Assembly (NCBI GenBank): GCA_030167865.1
Contig: JALAGF010001700.1
Location: 1 to 64,000, forward strand
DNA: 64,000 nucleotides
Source: Craspedostauros australis
Lineage: Eukaryota
Direction: 5' to 3'
Each line of letters starts with the position of its first letter. The first letter of the stretch is position 1. The notes beneath the pieces are model-generated. The model had not been told where the DNA came from and did not search any database. It saw only the letters and a program-made list of their open reading frames with translations. This document shows, one piece after another, positions 24,119 to 34,390 of this stretch. A program made the position numbers and the translations under genes.

Positions 24119-25516
24119 TTACAGCATGGAGAACATGCCCAAGGCGACGGAAGCGACGGCAGCGAACATGGTCGTCATCGCAGTGGCAGCAGAGTCGTCT
24201 GGGGCGTCGCCGTATCCAATACCGGCCTCTGGGTCCCAGTAGATCTCGGACGCCATCTGCGCGGCGGCTCCAACGAAGGAGAAGGCGATTTCATCGGAGT
24301 TGCCGTCGGATGTGGCGATGACGGAGATGGTCTCGCCGTCCTCCTTGGCGGTGACATTGGTATTGTTGCTGGTGCTGTTGCCCTCGATGACCTGCGCTGT
24401 GTCGGCCCAGGTGTATTCGCCAAATGGAACGAATCCGACGGTCTCAATGGCATCATCGAAGGTGATCTCCACCTTCGTGGTCTGCTTGGGTCCCTTGGAG
24501 CCGCTGTCGTCCTTCTCCTCCACTTCGATCTTGCGCTCGGATGTGACGGAGCAGATGAGGGCGACGTACGTGTCATTGGCTGCCCACACGTACGAATCGA
24601 GGTCGAAGTCGATCTTCATCTTGTTGGCGGTGATGTTCTGTCGGTCGGCGCGCGAGATGGTGAAGTCGAACTTGGCGACGGTGGCAGTGGCAGTCTCAGT
24701 GCTGGAGATGGAGAACGTTGAAATATCACCCTCGGTCATGACATCGCTGAATTCGCCCCACATGTCGAGCTGCGTGGTCTTGACGATGGTATCGGCCGCC
24801 CAATCGAAGGCCATGGAGTCGGCGTCGGTGGCCGACACGGAGACTTCGTCCGCCTTGCGGTACTCGATGATGCGGTCGAATTCGATCTCGTACTTGGTCT
24901 TGGTCTCAGTCTCGGTCGTGTTGTCGCCCGTTCCTTCTTCAATTTCGTTCTTGTACTCCACCTTGACCTTGAGATCCTCGTTGTCCTTGGAGGACACCTT
25001 GAACTTGATCTCGTCCTTGATCTCGACATCGTCATTCTCTGTCTTGGCCTTGCACTTGAATTCGACCTTGTCACTCTTTCTCTCTGTCAACGCAGGAGTG
25101 GAACGGAGTCGTGCGGAGTGAAGCAGAATCGAATGGAGTCAAGCAGATTGTGTTGTGGAAAAGCAACAAAGTGGAGGGGCATTCTTGCGTGTGAGTTGGT
25201 GTTGGAGGCATACAGAAAGGCATTGCCGGCATTGCCAATGACTGTTCGATCTTAATACCAATGCACCTTATCAACAACATGCACCGTTGCCGTCTGTTGA
25301 AAAGCGCGCCTCGACATGAGTCAACGTACCGACTTCACATTCGCGCTTGGATGGTGCCTTCTTTTTCTTCTCGCTATCCAACCTGCGGCCATTCTTCGAA
25401 GTTGATGGCTTGCGGACACCGCGTGGGCCCTTGGAGGCGGCGGCGGCGGTGCTGTCGGCAAGCAGGACGATGCCTGCGAGCACCAGGATGAGGAGCTTCG
25501 TGATGATGGAGTTCAT
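24119..25516 (-). CDS. Secreted, probably GPI-anchored acidic protein of unknown family, paralog A; 2 exons
   Basis: Exon 1 25516-25330 encodes signal peptide MNSIITKLLILVLAGIVLLADSTAAA, then KGPRGV..GRRL..KKKKAPSKRECEV. Phase-1 intron GTACGT..ACAG spans 25329-25084. Exon 2 25083-24119 ends DDSAATAMTTMFAAVASVALGMFSML. It aligns by eye over its full length with paralog B. Confidence 0.85.
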
Positions 25517-27145
25517 TGCGTGTGTGTGGTGTGTTGTTGCGGAATTGTGGTGGTGGCTGTGAACAGTTGTGTGTTTTGTTTTTTATGAGGAGGATGCGAT
25601 CGTATCCAAACAAGATGGTGTGTTGTGCAAGTGCGATGCGCGATGTTGCGATGTTTCGATGTTGTGTTTGATGTGATGTGTGAGATGCGGCGTTGAGGTG
25701 TTGGCATTGGGCGGTTGCGTATCGGATGAAGTTCGGTTTTTCGTTGGTTGGTTTGGTCGTGTTGTGGACCCTTCTCTCTTTCTTGTTCCATCAACGGTTT
25801 GCCTCCGTTTTGTTGTCCGCCGCGGAGATCGTGTGTGATTGATTGGTTTGCAATGACGTCATGTTGTTGTGTCGCGGTTTTCCCGGTTTTGCCTTCTCGG
25901 CCTCCTCGGATTTGGAGTGCCTTGCTCGCGAACGATGTCGGAACTGACATCATGTGTCGTCGTTTCCGACCGTTGGAGATGCCGACTTCAACCCATTTCT
26001 TCATGTGTGAGGTATCTTTCTCCTTTCTCCTTCCATTCGATTGCGCACAAGCCGCTTCACACTTCGAGACCAGTACCGAATCTCCACCAGCCACAACGAG
26101 CGTGACTAGCGTGACGAGTGTGACGAATGTGTGGTACCAGCCACTCCGGAGATTTAGAGAGAGGACATGGTTGTCAGTACGATCCACTCCGCTCCGACTC
26201 CTAACACTATCCCAACACTGTCACTCTCTGCTCTGTTTTACGAATTGAGTGCACTTGTGGCGCCTCCACATGTGTACTTGTTGATGTCAGAGGGGCCAAT
26301 GACAACTGGATAGTATTGGTATCGTAATGAGTGTGTCCAAGGAGAAAGTGGTGGGGGATGAATTGTCGGAGAGGAGCAGTTTCATACCAGTCAGCACCAC
26401 CAACGTCATCGCGCTTCCTCCATCTTCATCCTCGTCACGCCATGTGGCTTTCGTGACCGTCACATACCCCTTGGTTCGTGCCACTTCTTACCACTTCGGT
26501 GGTGTCACTCTAGAACGATTGACGATCCTGCCGGATCAGCGTCCATAAAACTTGATGCACGATTGATGCGAAGAGGAGGCGGGAGAGAAACAGAAACGGA
26601 GACACATGACAAACAAAGGAGACAGAGACAGAGATCGGAATTTTGAGGTTTGAAGGGAAAGGAGGGAGGGAGAGGATGAACAGAGCGTTCTCACAGAACC
26701 AGTGCGACTTGCACCTGGGATGAGAGGAACGGTTGAAGCTTTGTTTCGACCACGAAGAAAGGAGAGATGAAGAGCAGTGGACGGTGTGTGTTGATCAGAT
26801 GCTGAAACGTTTCTCATCGTTCCCTGCCTCTGTCAATAGATTCGTGCATGTCTTGTCTTGGTGGTTTGCGTGACGTGATTTGATGTCATTGGTTGGTAGG
26901 ATGGATGTGGGTGCTGCTACGGACTACTGTGTGGAATTGAGTACGCGTACGCAGGAGCTGCTCTCTCTGCTTTATTGACACTCGTATCATTCTTTACTAT
27001 CTTTTGCTTTACATTCGCATCGCATCGTTTCGTTTGTCATCTGTCATCAGTATCTATCAAGTGTTGAGAGTCGTGGTGTCGTTTGGCAAACAAAACGATG
27101 GTGCCAAACATGGCAGGACACTCTCAGCGCTCCATGGTATAGCGA

Positions 27146-28853
27146 TTAGACAACAGCCGCCATGACGATGGCTGCACATGTCGCCACGATTCCAAATCGC
27201 ATCGATGTTGCAGAGCTGTTGGGGTCCTTCTTTTGGTAACCGTCATCCTTGTTGTCACCAACGATCGGGTCGCGCCCTGTTGGGGCATCGTCGACGACGA
27301 GGTCGCCGTTGCCGAATCCACTTCTGTCACCTGTGGTGTTGGTGTCGGTGCTGTTCACGTCGGTGCTGTTGGAGTTGTCGACCACGTCATCACCTCCGCC
27401 GCCGATAAGCAGAGGACTGCCGCCGCTGTACCCGACGCCTGCTTCTGGATCCCAGAAGATCTTGCTGGCGAACTTGGCATCGTCGCCCAAGAAGGAGAAC
27501 GCGATCTCGGTGGAGTCGGAATCGGATGGCGATGTTGCCACTACGGAGATGGTGGACGAACCGGCTTCGGCGGTCGTGTCCCACGTGTATGTACCGAATG
27601 GCGTGAATCCGATGGTCTCCACCAAGTCTTCAAAGTCAACGAAGACATCCTTTGGCTTGCGACCGCTGTTGCTGCCGTCATCGTAGTCCACCAGCACCTT
27701 TTGTTCGCTCTTGACGGCGCAGATGAGGGCGACGTTGCTGTCCATCTCCGCCCAAGGGAACATGTCCAGGTCGAAGTCGATCTTCATCTTGTTGGCTGCC
27801 AGGGCGGATTGCTCCGTGCTGGTGTCGGTGATTGTGAACGTGAATGTGGCAACATCGTCGTCTGTGGACACGGAGAACGATGTCGTGTTCCCCTTCGTTT
27901 CCACCGGACTCATGTCGTTCCACGAGCTCATGGTCCATTCACGCACCACGATGTCATTCTCCCAATCGTATCCAAGGTTGCTGTCGTCGGCGGATGCCTT
28001 TTGGTACTCCACAACGCGATCGAACTCGACTTCGAACTTTGTCTTGCTCTCGGTGGTTTCCGAGCTGTCAGCGTCAGCCTCATCATCGGTCGTCGGGAGT
28101 TGCTGCTTGTACTCGATCTTGACCTTCAGCGCCTCTCCTTCCTTGGACTTCACATCGAACTTGATCTCATCGGAAATACCGGTGATCTCATCCTCAGATT
28201 CGGACTCGCACTTGACGGAGATTTCTCGCTCCTTGCTCTCTGCTCCAGTATTGCGCCGTGATTGTTTCGCATGGTATTGATTTGCATTGTTGTGTGCGGC
28301 GACGAGGTGTAGCGAAATGGTGAAGCATGAGGGTGTGTTAGAAAAGAGGCTTGTTGTCACTTGCATTCGGAGTCTTCATCGCTAGGCACAGCTCGGCACA
28401 ATGTTTCAACGAATCATGCATCCTGCATTATGTACCACCCCAAGCAATGCCGCAACAGCGACATCACCCAATCTCACACTGTTGCAATCGTACAATGTAG
28501 CGCAACGTACTGGTCTTGCAACTGCGCTTGGACGGACCGCCCTCCTTGAACGCCTCTGTCTTCTTCTTCTTGCTCTCTTTCGATTTCTTTGATTCCTTGC
28601 TTTTCTTGCTCTCCTTCGACTTCTTGTCGCCCTTGCTTTTCTTATCCTCCTTGGCCTTGCTATCATCGCCTCCTCCCGTGGTCCTGTCACCGTCCGTTCC
28701 CTTGTCTGCCGACTTCAGCACGCGGTCGAGACTTCTGGCAGCCGCGGCGTTGTTCACACCACGTGGACCACGCTTTCCGAAGACGCATTGAGCATTGAGG
28801 AGGAGTGCCAGCAGCAGTATCCGCACGAGGTTTCGAATTGGTGACGACGTCAT
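27146..28853 (-). CDS. Secreted, probably GPI-anchored acidic protein of unknown family, paralog B, with (KKSKES)n segment; 2 exons
   Basis: Exon 1 28853-28511 encodes signal peptide ..RILLLALLLNAQCVFG, then KRGPRGV..RSLDRVL..KKSKGDKKSKESKKSKESKKSKESKKKK..PSKRSCKT. Phase-1 intron GTACGT..GCAG spans 28510-28240 at the same position as in paralog A. Exon 2 28239-27146 ends NSSATSMRFGIVATCAAIVMAAVV. Confidence 0.85.
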
Positions 28854-30122
28854 GATGCAAGTATCGTTGTTGTTGTTGTTGCTTTTGCTGTTACTGAATG
28901 GAGTGGTTGTGACGAAAGAGTGAGCGAAAGCGATAGAGAACTGTTTGATGTGATTGTGTACGTCGGTGTCTCCTCTGCTCTGGTCTATTTATGATTGTGC
29001 TTGTGGCAGTGCTCGACGACGTGTGATCGTTTCATCACAATGGCTTTGTATCGATGGGCAACAACGATGGCGTCATCTTTCTCATATCCGACCCCTTGCG
29101 TTGAGCGTAAACCGACCAGCTCTTCATGCGCTTCATCAGCTTCGCAACGCACCGTGCTTGCGTTGGCTTTTTGTACGTGCACTTTCTCGCAAACACAATG
29201 ATTTGCGTGCATTTTGTGCTTTGTTTGCTTGTCGACGATTTTGTGAGCGAGGCTTGGAACTTTTCCATCCTTTCTCATCCTCGTCACAAGACATGACTAT
29301 TTATGTCGCTCGTGTCGCATCAAAGCCAATATTGTTAAATACTTGTGTCTCTGGTGGGTCAAAGGACCCGGATGTGAAGCCTTCATCCTCGCCAAAGTGC
29401 AAAACACGCAAGCAAGAGGAACGCGTCAGTTGTGAGACGAGATGAGGTTTGGCGATTGCGTGTTGAAAGTTTTTTAGCCGTTCACTGCTCTCCGCGAAAC
29501 AAGAGAAGTGGAAGAACATACGCAAGATGGTCGTCCTCAAGATGCTCGCGTTGGTGCTGATAGAGCACCATGTACTTGTGTTCACAGGACACATTAAAGA
29601 CTCTATCCACATGTTGCACTGTAGGGGATGAAGCAGAGCGAGGGGGACAAGGAGAAAGGCATCCGTACTCTGATGTGTTTGTTCTCTCAACGTCAGCCTC
29701 GTTGTCCTGTGCTGGGTGTCTCACATCGTTGATGTCCGAGTTTGCGTACTCTCTTGAGTGTAGATCGAAATGGAGGTCGAGTGTAGTTCCAAACCTGATT
29801 GGTTGCAATAGAATGGGCACGCGTCCTCTACTTCTTTCTTTCAAATCAGAGTAAGTACTAATACTCGACGTATGAATATGATCAATAGCATTGTATGCAT
29901 GGCATGGCAAGGTGCATCGGCGGAAATTGGATTAGCTAAGCTCCTACTCTCCTCTATTGCACTCCTATTCGTCTGAACGAAGGCTCGCGCCGCTCAGCTC
30001 TGCCATCTTCTATTGCGCTACATTCGTTGGGAACCGTCCTCCACGTTATTCATCGATCAAGAATCACCATTTGATCACAAAGAGAAGTGCCTTACGCCCC
30101 CATGTCACTCTGCCGCAACAAA

Positions 30123-31019
30123 TCACTTTATGCGAAGCTGCTCGGCCGCGATGGCCTTCATGGTCGACTTGAGCTTGCCGCCCAGCTCCTTCGCCACCAG
30201 CTCCAGAAGCTCGGGCTCCGACGACGCCTGCGACTCCAGATCCTGCTTGATGCCTGCGACCACTTGTTGAAAGAGCTCGGCCTCCACATCCAGCTCGGCA
30301 AAGACGCTCTGCAACCTGTCCAGGACGGGAGCCGCCTCAGCGCCACCGGCGCTCTGCGCTTTGTTGAAGTCGTCGATGGACTTGAGCTGCGGTCCCCCGT
30401 TGAGCTGCTCGCGCAGATCCGTGCCGCCGAGGAAGGTCTTGGTCTGCGTGTCATCCTTCGTCTCGCTGCACGTGCCCGTCTCGCATCCCGGAATGTTCTG
30501 AAAGTCCTCCCAGTCGTAGGCCTTCTTGTTGGGACAGCAGGCCCAGTACTTGGCGGTCTCGTGGAAAACGGGCGGCATCTTGTGGTACTGGCATTTTGGA
30601 TACGGACCACCTTTGGGAAAGCGCTTCTTGCATCCGAAGTGCGTGCATGCCGCCGTGCTGGCCAACTCCTGCTGCCTCTGCGCCTCGGCCTCCTTGCGCT
30701 TGTCGTCCTGCATCGCCTTCGTCTCGCTGGCACCGTGGCAGACGTAGATGTCGCCGCGATCGGGCACCACCTCCACGACGACGTCGTCGCTGCACAGCGG
30801 CATCAGCTCTGTCTTTTCGGAGGTCGTGGGCTTGCGGATGGCGAGATGGACATCGGCGAGCACCAGAGCGTTGCTCTCGAACTTGGGATTGTAGAACTCC
30901 ACGAACTGCTCCAGCAGCTGCGATGTGGGCCCCGTCTTCCAGGACCTTGGCAGAGTGATCTTCATCGATTTGTGCAGCGACGCATCATCGGTGTCTTCGT
31001 AGTGAATCAGGACCTTCAT
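30123..31019 (-). CDS. CHORD (Cys/His-rich Zn-binding) domain protein, single CHORD
   Basis: CTHFGC-x12-CQYH-x14-CC...WEDFQNIPGC, with PVFHETAKYWACC typical of CHORD; strong GC3 codon bias. Confidence 0.88.
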   Translation of the reverse strand: MKVLIHYEDTDDASLHKSMKITLPRSWKTGPTSQLLEQFVEFYNPKFESNALVLADVHLAIRKPTTSEKTELMPLCSDDVVVEVVPDRGDIYVCHGASETKAMQDDKRKEAEAQRQQELASTAACTHFGCKKRFPKGGPYPKCQYHKMPPVFHETAKYWACCPNKKAYDWEDFQNIPGCETGTCSETKDDTQTKTFLGGTDLREQLNGGPQLKSIDDFNKAQSAGGAEAAPVLDRLQSVFAELDVEAELFQQVVAGIKQDLESQASSEPELLELVAKELGGKLKSTMKAIAAEQLRIK

Positions 31020-31565
31020 CTTTGTCTAATCAGAGCTTTATTGCGTTGTGCTGAGTTGCACTGTGTGCAAGTCAATAGATGATAGAGTATGATAGAGTAG
31101 AGTAGAGCAGAGTGCTTCAATGCAGTAGCTTGAGTGTGATTCTTGAGTCGAGTGGAATGGAGTATAGTTGTGCAATGCTTGGGTTTGTCGAGATGGCGAA
31201 TGAAGGCGAGTGGTTGGCTGACTTGTGTCAGAGCGTTTGGTTGTTGGTGGTGGTCATCACACGCGGTCGTTGTCTTGGTCACGGCGATCCAACGAAAGAA
31301 TTCGAAGGCGAACAATCCTGACTCCCGATGCGGTGGACGGACAGGCGTTTCTCGTGATGTCAAGAAACACACGTTTAGGCAAAAAATGACCAGTCGTTGG
31401 CTTACGATCAATTGGAGTAGCGCTAAGTACCGCAAGCCACCAGATTTCAGGAGAGGAAGAAAGTGGTTGTTGTCATGCTCACACAGAACATCAACAACAC
31501 GACCATTCCACCCCGCAACAAGCAATGCCAAAGGTCTGATCGATCGATTGTTCTGTCAAATCATT

Positions 31566-31605
31566 CACCACTTGCACCACCACTTGCACCACCACTTGCA
31601 CCACC
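31566..31605. repeat. 12-bp tandem repeat CACCACTTGCAC x3, followed by an (AAT/AAC)-rich leader, upstream of NOSIP
   Basis: Read directly; lies between the divergent CHORD and NOSIP starts. Confidence 0.85.
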
Positions 31606-31667
31606 AATAACAATCGCAATAACAATAACAATAGCAATAACAACAATACACGCATAGCAATAAAACG

Positions 31668-32471
31668 ATGGGCCGCAAAAGCAAGAACGCGAGCAGCGGC
31701 CATCTGCCATTGACGGCCCACGAACGCGCCGTCTACAGCAAGGGATACGGCACGCAGACGCAGCGGCTGTCGGAGGACGCGCAGTACAAGTTCGGCAACT
31801 GCCTGCTGTCCATCTCGCCGGCCGAGGATCAGCCCGTGGCCACGCCGTCCGGCAACGTGTACGAGCGACCCGCCATCCTGGAGTACCTGCTCGTCAAGAC
31901 CAAGGAGGTCAAGAAGGCGCAGGAGAATTACGAGAAGTACGTGACCAAGCAGGCCAAGGCGGAAGCCACGCAGCAGAACGACACGAAGCGGGCGCAGGTC
32001 GAGGCCTTCGAGGAGTCGCAGACGAAGATCGTGGCCAAGAAGCGTCGCGTGGAGGCCAGCAATCCTCTGGCGCAGACGAGCTACTGGCTGTCGGAGTTCC
32101 AGCCCGAGATGGATCAGGGCCGCGAGCAGAAGACGCCGCCGCCGCAACGTCCGCCGTCCCCGTTCTCGCAGCAGCCGCTGCGGCGCAAGGAGCTCATTCC
32201 GCTGGATCTGAAGCGCAACGATGCCAAGCAGGTTCTGTGCGCCGTGTCCGATAAGGCGATCTCCACGCAGCAGGCCGTGGCGTTGGTGCCCAAGTCGGGC
32301 AAGCCGGCGCAGGTGGTGCTCAAGTCGGTCTACGATGATCTCGGCAGGGAGAAGACGTGTCCCGTCAGCGGGGAGAAGATCAAGCGCGTGCTCAAGCTCA
32401 AGAAGGGGGGAAGTTCGTTCGCGTCATCAGGCACGGTGGAGGCCAAGATATACACACCGACAATGACATAG
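31668..32471 (+). CDS. NOSIP: Nitric oxide synthase-interacting protein (NOSIP)-like U-box/RING protein
   Basis: MGRKSKN..LTAHER..GYGTQTQRLSEDAQYKFGNCLLSISPA..PVATPSGNVYERPAILEYLL, and C-terminal CPVSG..LKKGGSSFASSG. Confidence 0.9.
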   Translation: MGRKSKNASSGHLPLTAHERAVYSKGYGTQTQRLSEDAQYKFGNCLLSISPAEDQPVATPSGNVYERPAILEYLLVKTKEVKKAQENYEKYVTKQAKAEATQQNDTKRAQVEAFEESQTKIVAKKRRVEASNPLAQTSYWLSEFQPEMDQGREQKTPPPQRPPSPFSQQPLRRKELIPLDLKRNDAKQVLCAVSDKAISTQQAVALVPKSGKPAQVVLKSVYDDLGREKTCPVSGEKIKRVLKLKKGGSSFASSGTVEAKIYTPTMT

Positions 32472-34390
32472 TGTGCATTGGTACGTGTGCGGTACGTGTA
32501 CGGTATGTGTATGGTATGTGCATGGTGCGAGTAATCGGACAGCACAACTGCGATCAGAAAACTATTGTAAATTGTAATGCGTGCGGTGGGGGTGGTGGTG
32601 GTGGTGTTAGTCGACGGTGACGGGTCATGTGCAGAAGGAAAGGATGGCAGCATGACGTGAAATCGAAAGGCTGATGCAACATTGTGCATCGCACGGATGT
32701 GAAACACATGCTGTTGCATTCCAAAGCAGGATGCCGCCAGCATCGACAGGGACACCAAACAGAGCACCACACACGCACACACTGAACACAAACAAGGACA
32801 TGACAGATCAAGCAGCAGATACACAAGCTACTCGTAACCAGGCACACAATGAAGAGGCCAACACCAACATCCACCAGCGTCGTTGTACAGTCGCATAGCA
32901 CTCTGTGTTCAAGAGAGGCTCATCTCCAATGTGTACAACTGGAGAGGGAGAGAGAGAGAGTAGCTGTCTATGGTAGAGAGGGAGGAGCGGAATCGTAACA
33001 CCAACGTCGAGCCACGAGGTCCGACCAACACCCCTTCCCATTTCCCCGTACCCTGGTCGGTACTGCTCACCCACCACCAAAACCATTGCATTAATCCCGG
33101 TCTCATTCAATCACGAGCGGAGAGGGATGTCCCTCCAGTCAAAAGTTTGGTGTCGCGCGATAACACACATGTTTGCAATACTATCCTCAAGAATGCATAC
33201 ACAAGAGTACTCTAATGTCAAAGTGGAGAAATCCAAGCGAATCCACATGGTTCGTATTTATTGGGGTGACAGTTATATATTTATTCATGGCTGAATGTAA
33301 TGATAATTTCCCTCCCTATCAACTGACCGTTCCAGTACGTTGTAAATCGGATATTGAAGTGAAACCGACGGTGGGAAAGGAAAATTTGCTGAAACGCAAC
33401 GAAGGAGATGGAAGGTTTCGTGCACACAGGCCGTAACCGTAGAACGTAACCGTAGCAGTTCGAGAGCGTTAACGATGCGCGTTTTCTTGTTTGGTGCGAG
33501 AAACCGCGTTGTTTGTGCTTGTTTTTGTGTCTGTGTTTGTGGTGGGATGAAATTCAGAAATCCGCGCCATCAGAGCAAAAGAACGAGGAACCGAGGCAGA
33601 GGTCGTTCACAATACTTCTATTCTTACTCTCTGCTACTCTCATACCCGCCCGCCCGACACCATCACAGTCAGCCTGCGCATGCTCCATTGGATACCCCTT
33701 GGGTATGGTGCATGTCATCCGACTTGGTCTCATCAATCTCCACACTCGCACAGAGGCACAGCTGACCACGAGAGCGGTGTGCGACTTCATCGGGTTTGAG
33801 TTGGGTTGGATCGAGCGGACATCCATCCAATCGCTGTCTGTGCAAGCAAGGGGCTCACACCAAGAAAGAGCGTCTTGGTTGCCGCGTCCGAGCGAAGAGA
33901 CTCTGCCAAGAGCAGAATAGGCTACACTATTACTATTATAGTCGTATTCTGCACAACAAGACGATACAACACATCACGGAAGCAGAGACATCATCAACAA
34001 CAGACATCAACAGACACCAACAACAGGCACAGACAACACCAACAACAGGCACAGACACAGTCTCAATCCATCTCACCGAACGAACGCAAGAAAGAGAAAG
34101 ACGGAAAGAGTAACTGCCGTTCCACTGATCGCGATTGCGATTCCGAGAGCGGAGTTGATAGCGGTTTGGATCTGTGATACTCATAAGAGTCCAGCGACAC
34201 AAGAGTCCTGTGATCAAATCGGGAATCTCAGACACACGGAATAACGTCCTCCACAAAAGTGTGATCAACAACATCGATTACAACATCATCAATTGCATCA
34301 ACTACATCCATTGCAACATCATCAACCACACCAATTGCAACCACATCAACCACATCAATTGCAACAACGTCAGGCAAAGCAAAGCAAACC

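Noticed and set aside
28900-30100. Short ORFs upstream of paralog B (29035-29268, 29301-29690, 29482-29910)
   Set aside because: No similarity to the paralogs or any motif I recognise; treated as intergenic.
30087-31082. Long antisense ORFs (also 807-1805, 27233-28261, 38561-39589, 40068-41396, 46130-46939, 57607-58824)
   Set aside because: Shadow ORFs opposite real genes with strong codon bias; no independent motifs.
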